Notes: a model not told the origin generated them from the sequence alone. DNA of 64,000 bases from Candidatus Iainarchaeum sp. (GCA_018304425.1 JAGVWE010000002.1:192001-256000), one strand, 5' to 3'. Counted from the stretch's first letter, positions 18,961 to 28,395 are shown. Program-made: numbers and translations.

Positions 18961-19620
18961 ATGGCAGACGTGACGCTTTCAAGCAGCGAATTCAAGGCCC
19001 TATCCTCCGACACGCGGACGCAGATAATCAAGTATTTGGGCGAGCGGAACTACACCTTATCAGAACTCGCGAAGAAGCTTGGGATGTCCTCGCCCGCGGC
19101 AAAGGAACACCTGGACATCCTGGCAAGAACGGGCCTCGTGCAATTGAATGACGAGGGAAGGAAATGGAAGTACTATGCCTTGACGCGGAAGGGCCGGCAG
19201 CTGCTGGGCGGCGAGGAAAACAGGACCACGTTCCTCATCATCTTATCGGCTTCTGCGATCGCCTTGTTCGGGGTTTTGCTGCTTTTCGCGAATTCATTGA
19301 ATGGAGCCTCCCTGGCTGAGGGGTTTTCGGGGGGCATGACCGGGGAAACGGCTTCCCCCCTGCTGGCCAAGAACGCGGCGGAAGAGGCGTCCACGGCCAT
19401 GACCGTTCAGGCTCCGACGGCGGCTCCCCGGCCTGCCACAGGAACAGCCGAGCAGCCCGCCGACAGCACCCCAGGCCTGAACCAGACCCCGTACCCGGCC
19501 CAAGACCAAGAGGCGTTGGATCGGGCCACGAACGAAACCTACGCTTATCTGGCCCTCGCCCTCGGGCTCTCGGCTTTCATCGGATTCCAGGCGGGCAGGC
19601 TCCGAAGGGACGCCATTTAA
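18961..19620 (+). CDS. Membrane-anchored ArsR-family winged-HTH regulator
   Basis: FKALSSDTRTQII...LSELAKKLGMS...EHLDIL...KYYALT, then a TM, an Ala/Pro/Thr-rich linker and a second TM. Confidence 0.85.
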   Translation: MADVTLSSSEFKALSSDTRTQIIKYLGERNYTLSELAKKLGMSSPAAKEHLDILARTGLVQLNDEGRKWKYYALTRKGRQLLGGEENRTTFLIILSASAIALFGVLLLFANSLNGASLAEGFSGGMTGETASPLLAKNAAEEASTAMTVQAPTAAPRPATGTAEQPADSTPGLNQTPYPAQDQEALDRATNETYAYLALALGLSAFIGFQAGRLRRDAI

Positions 19621-19656
19621 CCGGCCTGATTAATCGGGGCCCCTCCGCTCAAGGCG

Positions 19657-20628
19657 CTAATCCGGCAAGCCATTGAGCTCATAGAAGTAGGTGACGGGAC
19701 TCGGCCTCCCCCGCAGGATCACGCACGATTTTATTTTGGTGATGAGGCGGTTGAACTCCGGCTGCTTGAAAAAGGTGGACGAGAACTCGAAGTACGCGTC
19801 GAGGTCCGCGACCTTCACGGTCATCATGAGGTCATGGGGGGCGGAAATCATGTTCACCTCGTGCACCTGCTCGAATTGGACGAGCTGCCTGGCGAGTTCC
19901 TCGGTCCTGCCTGGCACGGCGTCAAGGAACACAATGGCCTGGAAGTTCACGCCCGCCGGGCCATAGTAGTCCGGGCTGATGATGGCCGTCTTCTTCACGA
20001 CCACTTTTTCCCCGAGCAACCGGCCCCACCGCGTGCTCACCGTGTTCCGGTGCACGCCCAGGTTTGCCGCGACCGCGTTCAGGGAAAGCTCTGGGTCGGC
20101 GAGCTTCAACCGCAAAACATCCCTGTCAAGTTTGGAGAGCCTGAACGAGGAATCGAACTCCCCAACCGGCTTGCCATGCTGCTTGAACGACTTGTTCACG
20201 AAAAAAATCGAGGAACCGTTAATCCAGTGATGGAACTCTTTCTCGATGCCGAGCATGAATTCGATTATTTCCTCGGTGCTCCGCGCGTGCATCTTGAAAG
20301 CCAGGTCATAGTCTCCCGTGACGATGAAAACGATGCGCACCCGGGGGTGCTTGAACAGCCGCGAGATGAATTCATCGATGTCAAAGCGGTTCAGTTTCAG
20401 GGAAACGAACACCCAGACCAGTTGCGGGAGGTTGACCAGCCGCGAGTCCAGGCGGTACTTGTAGCGCTGGATGATGCGCTCGCGCTCGAATTTCCGGACA
20501 ATGTAGTTGACCGTGGAATGGTTGAGCCGCAAGGCCTCCGCGACCTGCCGCTCGGATTCCAGGAGGCCACGCCGGGCGACGTACTGCAAAACCCTGGATT
20601 CGACGGGGGAAAGCACTCTATTCGCCAT
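19657..20628 (-). CDS. Tandem (double) Lrp/AsnC-family regulator
   Basis: Two HTH+RAM units (VTGDYDL; ISAPHDL). Confidence 0.85.
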   Translation of the reverse strand: MANRVLSPVESRVLQYVARRGLLESERQVAEALRLNHSTVNYIVRKFERERIIQRYKYRLDSRLVNLPQLVWVFVSLKLNRFDIDEFISRLFKHPRVRIVFIVTGDYDLAFKMHARSTEEIIEFMLGIEKEFHHWINGSSIFFVNKSFKQHGKPVGEFDSSFRLSKLDRDVLRLKLADPELSLNAVAANLGVHRNTVSTRWGRLLGEKVVVKKTAIISPDYYGPAGVNFQAIVFLDAVPGRTEELARQLVQFEQVHEVNMISAPHDLMMTVKVADLDAYFEFSSTFFKQPEFNRLITKIKSCVILRGRPSPVTYFYELNGLPD

Positions 20629-20762
20629 GGTGTATACTGTAATTGTTTAGAAATATATATAATTTATGCGCAAATGCATGGCAAAAAAGGAGCTATTTTG
20701 TGCAAAAACCCATTCAAAAATATATACTTGGAGGACACCATATATAACGAGGGGGTGGGCGC

Positions 20763-21020
20763 ATGGCAAAGTCAGAATTCTTTAAAGCGCTTGGCATACT
20801 CGCTTCCCTAGTCACGGTGTACCGCGGCATTACCATGGACGTGCCCATGGTGGACACCATCATCATTGTCCTGGTCTCCATCCTGTTCTTCGCCCTCGCA
20901 GCCGAGTTAAAGGTACACGGAAGCCACTGGGAAAGCCCCAATACCGGTGTAGAGCCAGGGCCCTTGCCGGATTTCCTGAAAACGAGCTGCCCCTGCACGG
21001 ACGACGAAGGAGGCGAATGA
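20763..21020 (+). CDS. Small membrane protein divergent from the Lrp gene
   Basis: 85 aa with two hydrophobic segments; GGGGTG RBS; AT-rich shared promoter region. Confidence 0.7.
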   Translation: MAKSEFFKALGILASLVTVYRGITMDVPMVDTIIIVLVSILFFALAAELKVHGSHWESPNTGVEPGPLPDFLKTSCPCTDDEGGE

Positions 21021-21023
21021 AAC

Positions 21024-21050
21024 ATCGACGATTGACGAAATATTTAAATA
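21024..21050 (+). promoter_or_regulatory. Palindromic operator copy 2 (ATCGACGATTGACGAA, 21024-21039) plus TATA box for a pilin gene
   Basis: Two mismatches to consensus; followed by A-TATTTAAATA, 24 nt before the pilin ATG. Confidence 0.75.
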
Positions 21051-21074
21051 TTGTTCGCCTCCTTAATTCCCTCC

Positions 21075-21251
21075 ATGCGACTCGATTCAAGAGCCCAGAT
21101 CTCCATTGAGTTAATCATTGTCCTGGCCGCCGTGGTGGCCATCGTGCTCCTCCTGGTCACGCAATTACAGGAAACCAGCACCGAGGGCAGGGACAAGATT
21201 AAGTCAACGGCCAAGTCGATTTTCGACAAAATCGAGAACGACATCAAATAA
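21075..21251 (+). CDS. Class III signal-peptide pilin (short; candidate major pilin)
   Basis: RAQ-ISIE-LIIVLAAVVAIVLLLV motif; 58 aa. Confidence 0.88.
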   Translation: MRLDSRAQISIELIIVLAAVVAIVLLLVTQLQETSTEGRDKIKSTAKSIFDKIENDIK

Positions 21252-21276
21252 GGGCTTCAAGGAATTCGGGATTTCC

Positions 21277-21697
21277 ATGAACCCCGCCAACCCCCGGGAA
21301 AAAGGCAAGGGCCAGCTGAGCCTGGAATTCATGCTCCTCCTGGCCGCCTTTCTCTCCTTCCTCTTCCTGCTCCTGCCAGCCATCGAAGAAGTGCTGCGCA
21401 TGGGCTCCTACGGCGTGGACGCGAAGGCCGCGGAACTCTTCTTGAACCGGGCCAGGCAATCGTCGGAACGGCTGCGCGCCGGAAGAAATCGAGGCCTTCG
21501 CCCTCCACGAGTGGAGGCTCTCCGCGGGAGGCGGGGAATTCGACGTGGAAATCGGCGACGGGGAATACCGCAAAAAACTGGGGCTGAAAGCAAGCCCACA
21601 ACTGGCGATTCCGCCTTTCACCTTCACGGGAAAATTCGCGTTGCGGTTGACGAAAGAAGGCGGTTTCGTTTCCGGCTCAATCGTAGAGGGTAATTGA
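21277..21697 (+). pseudogene. Class III signal-peptide pilin with an apparent frameshift near 21475
   Basis: KGQLSLEFMLLL N-terminus. After SSERL the plausible sequence continues in the +1 frame (EEIEAFALHEWRL...FALRLTKEGGFVSGSIVEGN, stop at 21697). Confidence 0.65.
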
Positions 21698-22042
21698 AAG
21701 CCGGCCGAGGGCGCCGGAAGGCGCCGCATAATAAATGGACTCCGTGAACGCGTTCGAAGCGGGTTCGCCGACGGCAACGAACTCGTCGTTGAAACCGATT
21801 CGCCCGCTAAACCCCGGGAACACGCGCCGGAAGTCGGACTCCATTTCAGGCAGGGATGGAATTCCCTGGCCGACCCAGACGACGAGGAGGTCGTGTTGTT
21901 TTTGGAGAAGATAGAGGGGCTTCAGGTCCGGTGCCTCCGCTGGCTTGGTGGATAGGAGCACGAGCACCAGCACCGCGAAGCCCAGCAAGGCTTCCAGGGA
22001 AAAGTAGAGCCCGCGTTCATCCATGCGCTTACGTTCATCCAT
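21677..22042 (-). CDS. Minor pilin-like protein
   Basis: ERG-LYFSLE-ALLGFAVLVLVLL. Confidence 0.75.
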   Translation of the reverse strand: MDERKRMDERGLYFSLEALLGFAVLVLVLLSTKPAEAPDLKPLYLLQKQHDLLVVWVGQGIPSLPEMESDFRRVFPGFSGRIGFNDEFVAVGEPASNAFTESIYYAAPSGALGRLSITLYD

Positions 22043-22505
22043 CGCAGAACACCCCGATGAGGAGGGCCTTTTCCTTGCCGACGAGGACCAGGCGCTCGAA
22101 CGAATAACAGGTAGTACTGGCCTGGTTGGCTGGACCGGTTAGGGGCTTGTCTGCCCACTGGGTTTCAGGGCCATTGAAGGGAACGAGGCGCAGGGACTGG
22201 AGGAGGGGAAAACCCTGGAGTTCCGGTGCGGTGGGTGCGGGGGACAGAAAGTTCGGGGTCACCCGGTGCAGGCCGGAATCGAATGCAGCCAACCCCGGAA
22301 AAGACTGGGAGGCATCGTTTTTGACGAGGGCATCCAGGAAGAAGAGGCCCTGCCGCTGCAGGCGGTAGGCTGGCAGGGCGGAGGCGGAGTGCAGGGCGAG
22401 GCTGGAAAGGAAGGCGAGGCCAGCCAGGGAAGTAAGCAGGAGGATGACCACGGCCAGCAGCAAGTCCGTGGAAAAGAGCAGGCCCCGTTCACTTGTAGTG
22501 TTCAA
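22035..22505 (-). CDS. Minor pilin-like protein
   Basis: ERG-LLFSTD-LLLAVVILLL. Confidence 0.75.
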   Translation of the reverse strand: MNTTSERGLLFSTDLLLAVVILLLTSLAGLAFLSSLALHSASALPAYRLQRQGLFFLDALVKNDASQSFPGLAAFDSGLHRVTPNFLSPAPTAPELQGFPLLQSLRLVPFNGPETQWADKPLTGPANQASTTCYSFERLVLVGKEKALLIGVFCDG

Positions 22506-22860
22506 GGACGTTCACCCGGAGTTTTTGCCCGTCGAATTCGGCGTGGGCTGAAAGAATGGAAGCGGAATGGATGGCTTGACCGGAGGAGGCGCTGGCCGCG
22601 TGGTCGGAGAACCCGCAGGGCAAGGCTGTTGAGAGTTCGCCTCCGGCGTTCGAGTAAAGGGAGTCGGCCAGCGTCGCGCAGGACTCCGCTTCGAGGAACG
22701 AGTGGAGGGCATGCCCTGCATCCATGGCCTGGAAGGAAATGTCCTGCCAGGTTCCCACCATCAGGGAGAGGACGGCAAGCAGGGCCGCAAGGGCTGCCAT
22801 GGCTTCCAGGCTGAGCGCGCCTTGCTGCTTGCCCACGCGAACCGGGTTCAAGGAGTGCAC
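22489..22860 (-). CDS. Minor pilin-like protein
   Basis: KQQG-ALSLE-AMAALAALLAVL. Confidence 0.75.
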   Translation of the reverse strand: MHSLNPVRVGKQQGALSLEAMAALAALLAVLSLMVGTWQDISFQAMDAGHALHSFLEAESCATLADSLYSNAGGELSTALPCGFSDHAASASSGQAIHSASILSAHAEFDGQKLRVNVLEHYK

Positions 22861-23396
22861 GCTCCCACCTTCAACGCGGTGACCGTGTAATTGGGCGGCA
22901 AGGAAAAGGATTGCATGTAGTCGTCGAAGCGGATGCGGGCCTGGATGGTGTCGTCCGCGTCGCGGGCCGCGTTATGGAATTCCGCGAAAACGATGCCGTT
23001 GACTTCGTGGAGGAGAACCTTGAAGCGGCTGCGGAGGAACGCATAGTCGATGGCGCCCGCGTTTGAATGGAATTCCACGGCGGGAAAACCTGGGTGAACG
23101 GCCTGTGACTGCTGGACAAAGGCCAGGAAGTTTGCCGCCAACCGGTCTTCGATGGCATTGGTTTCCCTCGCACCCTGGTCGAGTTGTTCTTGGAGGGTGC
23201 CGCGGAGGACGCGGTCCGCGTTGAGCTCGAGTTCCGATCGAACGAAGTTGGTTTTCTCGGCCTGCACGGCAAGCGTGGTGGCCTGGCCCAGGGAAGACGC
23301 AGCCAGGGAGGAAAAGCCGAGGACCAGGAAGAGCGTGAACAGGATGGCCAGGACCAGGGCAGTCGAAAAAAAGGCACGGGAAGTCATGGATACCAC
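22848..23396 (-). CDS. Minor pilin-like protein (first gene of the cassette)
   Basis: SRA-FFSTALVLAILFTLFLVL; overlaps the next gene. Confidence 0.7.
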   Translation of the reverse strand: MVSMTSRAFFSTALVLAILFTLFLVLGFSSLAASSLGQATTLAVQAEKTNFVRSELELNADRVLRGTLQEQLDQGARETNAIEDRLAANFLAFVQQSQAVHPGFPAVEFHSNAGAIDYAFLRSRFKVLLHEVNGIVFAEFHNAARDADDTIQARIRFDDYMQSFSLPPNYTVTALKVGACTP

Positions 23397-23418
23397 ACTT
23401 AATACGAGGAAAAAATAG

Positions 23419-23442
23419 TTAAATATTTCGTTGATTGACGAA
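23419..23442 (-). promoter_or_regulatory. Palindromic operator copy 3 (TTCGTTGATTGACGAA, 23427-23442) plus TATA box for the minor-pilin cassette
   Basis: The minus strand reads TTCGTCAATCAACGAA-A-TATTTAA, in the 46-bp gap before the 23396 gene. Confidence 0.8.
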
Positions 23443-24018
23443 TTATTGGATTATGACTTTTTCGGGGGTGGTGAGGAAGAGAAACGGCTTGACGCCCACT
23501 TTTACCTGGGCGCCGCGCTTGCACGGGGTCTGGCACGAAACCACGTAATTGCCGGCGCTGACCCCTGCCAGGAGGTCGAACTCCACGTGGACGGCCGCAA
23601 GCTGCCCATCGCAGACGATGACCGTTGCATCTACCACGCGCTTGGAGAAAAACAAGCGGAACCAGGCAAAGAAGGCAATGAGGCCGGCCAGCAGCCACAC
23701 CGAGTAATTGAACTGCGCCAGCAAGACCTGGGACTGGAAGAACCAGGCGGCCTGGGCGAACAGCCAGACCCCGGCAAAAAACAGGAAATAGGCCTTGAAC
23801 TCCCGGCCGGTGACGCGCCGGAATTCAACGACCAACAGGAAAAAGTAAACCAGGGAAAGCACGGCCTGCGCCGACAAGAACATGGAATCGGAAAGCGTGT
23901 TGCGGGCGAAACCCAGCAACAACAGGCCGATGACCATCACCTGCAGGGACGCCGCAAGCAAAGTCTTGCGGCTCACGCCCTTGAACCATTTCCCAAGAAG
24001 AGTCCTGGATGCACGCAT
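23443..24018 (-). CDS. Four-TM membrane protein with a small C-terminal beta domain (pilus operon)
   Basis: Hydrophobic segments; last gene of the contiguous minus-strand pilus operon. Confidence 0.75.
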   Translation of the reverse strand: MRASRTLLGKWFKGVSRKTLLAASLQVMVIGLLLLGFARNTLSDSMFLSAQAVLSLVYFFLLVVEFRRVTGREFKAYFLFFAGVWLFAQAAWFFQSQVLLAQFNYSVWLLAGLIAFFAWFRLFFSKRVVDATVIVCDGQLAAVHVEFDLLAGVSAGNYVVSCQTPCKRGAQVKVGVKPFLFLTTPEKVIIQ

Positions 24019-24022
24019 GCCT

Positions 24023-24406
24023 TCACCCCTCTCCCTGGAGGACTTCCACGTGCACGGACTTGTACCGGGTCCGGTGCCGGATTTTTTCGGAAAGCGATTC
24101 CAGGTCCTGCTTCACGCGGGCTTCAAGCAACGGCGCAAACGGTTGGAGGTGCAAGGACAAGGCAATCGATTCAGGGCCTTCCACGAAAGCGATGCGCTCG
24201 ATGTGGTAAGCGGAAGCCGAAGCGGAGAGTTCCGCGGACGCGAGCGCCTTGAGGGAGGCCACGGCCACGGTGGAATCGCGGACTTCGAGGAAAGCCGAAA
24301 GCGATAGCACGGCCAAAAAGAGCACGGCTGCGGCCACGATGACGAGTTCCAGGCTGGCCTGGCCACGGGAACGGGTTTTCCCCCCGTCTTTCCTCCCTTC
24401 ACTCAA
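24023..24406 (-). CDS. Class III signal-peptide pilin
   Basis: RGQ-ASLE-LVIVAAAVLFLAVL. Confidence 0.85.
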   Translation of the reverse strand: MSEGRKDGGKTRSRGQASLELVIVAAAVLFLAVLSLSAFLEVRDSTVAVASLKALASAELSASASAYHIERIAFVEGPESIALSLHLQPFAPLLEARVKQDLESLSEKIRHRTRYKSVHVEVLQGEG

Positions 24407-24887
24407 CGGTTACCACCCCGCTGACTTTCTCGATGGAAACGGTTTTCCAGCCCGGGCCCTGCCAGGCACGGGTGCGGCACCCGAGCTTGAAACCCGGGCC
24501 AAAGGCCTTTGAGTGGCTGCATTGGAAGTCGTCGTTGTCCTGGTCCTGCGCGCATGCCGGAACCCGTTCCAGGGAGGGGTCCAGGGAGACCGCAAAGGAC
24601 AGGCTGGCCTGGCCGGCATCACAGGAAAGCCGGGTCTGGGCTGGCAGGAACACTTCAAGGGTGCGCCTGGATTCCCCGGTCGAGTGGCCGACCCAGGCAA
24701 TGGAGTCATGCACCGCGTCAAAGGCCAGCCGCGCCTTTCCAACGGAGCCAACGTCTTGGACGGCCTTCGAGGAAAGCTGCACCATGGGAAGGGTCGAGGT
24801 CTGAAGGTAGAGCAGCATGGCCATGACCAGCAGCATGAGTTCCAAGGAGACCTGGGCACGCGCGTTCAACGGAATACCACCCGCCAC
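24399..24887 (-). CDS. Class III signal-peptide pilin
   Basis: RAQ-VSLE-LMLLVMAMLL; C-terminal VSIEKVSGVVTVE. Confidence 0.85.
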   Translation of the reverse strand: MAGGIPLNARAQVSLELMLLVMAMLLYLQTSTLPMVQLSSKAVQDVGSVGKARLAFDAVHDSIAWVGHSTGESRRTLEVFLPAQTRLSCDAGQASLSFAVSLDPSLERVPACAQDQDNDDFQCSHSKAFGPGFKLGCRTRAWQGPGWKTVSIEKVSGVVTVE

Positions 24888-26026
24888 AAGACGTCTCCCA
24901 CGGATTGGAGGACCAGGTACGCGATGAGCACTGCGGGAACAAAGGGCGCACTGCGCTTCACTTTGATGGTTTCCGGGAGGAGTTTCCTGGCCGCGAGTTC
25001 CCTCAATTTCCTGGCTTCCTCGTCCGTCAAGCCCGCAGCCCGCACACTATTGGCAACGATGCCGCCTTCCGGCAAAACCATCCGGGCCTGCAAGCCCCTG
25101 AAGTCCAGGCGCCGGGCAAAGGAAAGGATTTCACTGGGGCGAAGGGGTTTGACCACCACCAGCTTGCCTGCCACGGATTCGACGATGGTCTCGGCCGGAA
25201 TCATGCCTTCCACGAGGCTCGCCGTTGGAACGCGTTGCTTCAGCACTTCCTCTTTGCTGACCAGGTAGAGTTTGAAGAACACGTAGAACAAGAGCAGGGG
25301 CGCAAAGTATTTCATGGCCTCAAAGAAGGGAATCAGGTAATAGACGTAGGAAGCATAGGCGAACGAGGCCAGGGTGAAGGCGAGCACGACGAGGCTAGGC
25401 AGGAAGGAAAGTGCCAGGAGCAGGGGCCACACCGAGGCCTCGGGCAAGCCCAGGGCATAGGTCACGGCCAGCAAGCCGACCCCGAGCAGGCTGAATTGAA
25501 GCAGTTGCCAGCCTCGCTTCACGAAGCCGGAGAGGAACTGTTGGCGGAGCAACGCGCTCTTGTAGAAGCCCATGAGGCTGAGCAGCACGCCGTACGGCAT
25601 CATGGAGAAAACGCTGAAAACGAACAAGGCCAGGGGAAAGACCGGCAGGGAAAGGGAGGCAAACAGTTCGGGTTTCCCGGGCCATAGCAGAGCATCCAGG
25701 GAAAACGCGTCCCGGATGAAGCCATAGTTGACCGGGTTCAAGGCCGCGAGGGCCGCGAACAACTTCACGTCGCCCCCGGCCCAGACCCCCACGTGCCACA
25801 AGGCATAGGCGCCCAGGAAGGAGAGAACCGTGACTGCAAGGGCCTGGACGAAGAGCATGTAATCATTGCCCGACACAGCGAGGAAGAAGTGGCCGGCCAA
25901 GCCGAACGCAATCAAGGCATAGGTGAGCTTGTCCGGGATTTCCCTGGACTTCAAATCGGTGTAAGTGGCCAGCACCAGGCCGGCCAAGGACGCGGCGAAA
26001 AAAACGGTTTCAAGCAAGGCAATCAA
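24866..26026 (-). CDS. Prepilin peptidase, family A24 (EppA-like)
   Basis: TDLKSREIPD, AGGDVKL (GxGD-type), C-terminal PFVPAV. Confidence 0.92.
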   Translation of the reverse strand: MIALLETVFFAASLAGLVLATYTDLKSREIPDKLTYALIAFGLAGHFFLAVSGNDYMLFVQALAVTVLSFLGAYALWHVGVWAGGDVKLFAALAALNPVNYGFIRDAFSLDALLWPGKPELFASLSLPVFPLALFVFSVFSMMPYGVLLSLMGFYKSALLRQQFLSGFVKRGWQLLQFSLLGVGLLAVTYALGLPEASVWPLLLALSFLPSLVVLAFTLASFAYASYVYYLIPFFEAMKYFAPLLLFYVFFKLYLVSKEEVLKQRVPTASLVEGMIPAETIVESVAGKLVVVKPLRPSEILSFARRLDFRGLQARMVLPEGGIVANSVRAAGLTDEEARKLRELAARKLLPETIKVKRSAPFVPAVLIAYLVLQSVGDVLWRVVFR

Positions 26027-26199
26027 CTCATCAGCTGCGCAATCATGTTTTCCCGGTACTCGAGGATTTTGGCCTTCGCCTGCTGGGACAACCCGGAGAG
26101 GTTCAAGGCCAGCACGGCGGCTGCGGCCGCCAAGATGATGGCGAACATCACGGTCAACAGGTATTCAAGGGAAACCTGCGCCCTGGTTTCACGAAACAT
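26023..26199 (-). CDS. Short class III signal-peptide pilin
   Basis: MFRETRAQ-VSLE-YLLTVMFAIILAAAAAVL. Confidence 0.88.
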   Translation of the reverse strand: MFRETRAQVSLEYLLTVMFAIILAAAAAVLALNLSGLSQQAKAKILEYRENMIAQLMS

Positions 26200-26332
26200 T
26201 GAAATCACGCAAGAACCCCGGCCGGGCCTTTGCAAGGCTCAGGACGTACAAGCCCACGATTACCGCGATGACGAGGAGCAAGGCCAGCAAGAGCAAGACC
26301 TCCATGGATGACTGGGCTTTCTGGTCGCTCAA
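26189..26332 (-). CDS. 47-aa class III signal-peptide pilin (not in the ORF track)
   Basis: Manual translation MSDQKAQ-SSME-VLLLLALLLVIAVIVGLYVLSLAKARPGFLRDFNVS; TTG overlaps the upstream TGA. Confidence 0.8.
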   Translation of the reverse strand: MSDQKAQSSMEVLLLLALLLVIAVIVGLYVLSLAKARPGFLRDFNVS

Positions 26333-27231
26333 ACGATTCCCCCGATCAACGCCTTGCCAAGGGCCTTGGAAAGGGCGTATACCCCGAACGCGATGAACAA
26401 TAGGATTGGCAGATATATAATGCTTTTGCCTGGCCGGCCCTCCCGCATCAGGGAAACCATGACGCTGGTGGCCAGGATCTCGATGAACAGGTATGCTTCA
26501 ATGAGGAGGGAAATGAGGGCCGTGGCCTGGACGGACTGCGCGAGCACTTCGGCTGGAACGGAGCCTGCCGCAGCCCCGGAGAGCACGCCCAGGATGGTGG
26601 ACACGAACCCGAAAATGAGGGGCGCGACGAATGCCGCGGCCGTCACCAGCAACATGGACTGCATCAGGGTGCTTGACTTGCGCTCGCGGTTGATGCGCTG
26701 CATGGCGCGCAGGTCCTCCGCGATGTCATCCAAGACCTCAGCGAGGCCAGCACCGCTGCGCACGGATTCCACGACCAGGGAAACCGTGCGCTTGACCAGG
26801 GTCGAGTCAACCGAGTCGGCAAAGGACTTCATGGCGGTTTCGAAGTTCTCGCCTTCCTCGAGTTTCCGCACGACCTGGGCGAACCCGGTCTGGAGGGGGC
26901 CATGCCCGGAAACCACTATCTCGCGGAGGCTGGACTCATACGTCGAACCCGCTTTCAGGGTGTCGCTCATCTGCTTGAGGGCATCCACCAGCGAGGCCTC
27001 GACGGACTCGATGCGCTTGACGGCCTGGAAGTAGGGGAAGCCGATGCAGAGGTCGGCGAGCACGACGAACAAGAGCACGGCGAGACGCGCATCCACCGGA
27101 AAAACGAGGAAGGCGGCGGCCGCTGAAACCAGCAAGGACAACAGAATCCAGGCCACGGCGTTGAACCGGAACCCCGAGTGCCGCAGGTACTTGGAATAGC
27201 GTTCGAGCAGGGTTTGGGGAGAGGAGGGCAT
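26329..27231 (-). CDS. Type II secretion F-family (TadC-like) pilus platform protein
   Basis: DALKQMSDTLKAG, SGAGLAEVLDDIAED, multiple TMs. Confidence 0.9.
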   Translation of the reverse strand: MPSSPQTLLERYSKYLRHSGFRFNAVAWILLSLLVSAAAAFLVFPVDARLAVLLFVVLADLCIGFPYFQAVKRIESVEASLVDALKQMSDTLKAGSTYESSLREIVVSGHGPLQTGFAQVVRKLEEGENFETAMKSFADSVDSTLVKRTVSLVVESVRSGAGLAEVLDDIAEDLRAMQRINRERKSSTLMQSMLLVTAAAFVAPLIFGFVSTILGVLSGAAAGSVPAEVLAQSVQATALISLLIEAYLFIEILATSVMVSLMREGRPGKSIIYLPILLFIAFGVYALSKALGKALIGGIV

Positions 27232-27234
27232 GCA

Positions 27235-28389
27235 TTACACCTTGGGCTGGGAGTAAACAAGGTAAGCGATTAGGTATAACAACAGCACGGGCAACGCGAC
27301 GAGGAACGCGAAGGCCATGGCCTCTGGGGAAAGCACGGCCGCCCCGACCCCGATGGGGGCGTTGGTGATGCCGGCAATGATGGCGATGAACACCGGCAAG
27401 ACCACGGCGGTGACGATGAAGATGACGCCGAAGAAATTCATTTTCTCGGAAAAGTCGCGGGTGCGCATCCGCAACTCAAAGGAAACGTCTTCCGCTATCT
27501 GGCTCATGGCCTCCGAGAGGTTGCCGCCCATGCGCAGCGCGCGGTTGACGTGGAGGAGAGCGCGACGCAATGCCGTGGACTGGGTGCGGCGCGCGAACCG
27601 CTCGATGGCGTCCTTCGTCTCGGCGCCTTCCTCGATTTCGTTGACGGTCCGGGAAAATTCCTCGCTCAGCACGCCATAGTCCGCCGCCGCAATGTCCTGG
27701 AAGGACTTGTACAAGCCAACGCCCGTGTGCAACTGGGTGGCCATCTGGCGCAAGGCAAAGGGGAGTTCCCCGCTCGCCTGTTCCCCGCGTTTGATTGCCA
27801 GGGCCTTCGGCAGGGACAGGAAGGTCAGGGCCGCGGCCAGGAAGACGACGAGCGTGGAAAGGATGACGGCCAAGGCCTTGGCCTGGAATTCGGCCTGCCA
27901 GGGGACGGCGAAATACGCGGAGACCAGCAGGGCTAGCAGCCCGGCCAAGAACGAGGCCGCAGAAACCAGCACCATGAACTGTTTTTGGGTGAGCGGGAGG
28001 CCCGCGCTCGACAAGAAGTAACCCGTGTCCCGGGCCTGGGGCAGGCTGGACAAAACGAAGTCAATGGAAGCCGTTACGGGCCGGCATAAGAGGTAGAACC
28101 GCGCCAGGAAGCGGTCAAAGAAGTGCCTGGATTCCAGGAGCCAGGGAATGGCCTGGAATTCGAGTGCCTGGGTTCCGGCAATGCCTTCCCGGAGCACGCC
28201 GAGTTTTCCTTCCACGGCGGCTTCCTCGCCGAAAGCCATGCCCTGGGCGGCATACTTTTTCTTGATGTTCTCCACCAACCGGTCCACGGCAGGCAAAACG
28301 GTTTCAGGTTCGTCCCTGGCCGGTGCGGTGCCCTGCCTGGGCGCGCGCTGTTCCACGATTTTCTTCTTCAACTCGCTCAAGTCGGCCAT
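27235..28389 (-). CDS. Type II secretion F-family (TadB/C-like) pilus platform protein
   Basis: ELPFALRQMATQLHTGVG, YGVLSEEF, GGNLSEAM. Confidence 0.9.
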   Translation of the reverse strand: MADLSELKKKIVEQRAPRQGTAPARDEPETVLPAVDRLVENIKKKYAAQGMAFGEEAAVEGKLGVLREGIAGTQALEFQAIPWLLESRHFFDRFLARFYLLCRPVTASIDFVLSSLPQARDTGYFLSSAGLPLTQKQFMVLVSAASFLAGLLALLVSAYFAVPWQAEFQAKALAVILSTLVVFLAAALTFLSLPKALAIKRGEQASGELPFALRQMATQLHTGVGLYKSFQDIAAADYGVLSEEFSRTVNEIEEGAETKDAIERFARRTQSTALRRALLHVNRALRMGGNLSEAMSQIAEDVSFELRMRTRDFSEKMNFFGVIFIVTAVVLPVFIAIIAGITNAPIGVGAAVLSPEAMAFAFLVALPVLLLYLIAYLVYSQPKV

Positions 28390-28395
28390 TCAAAC

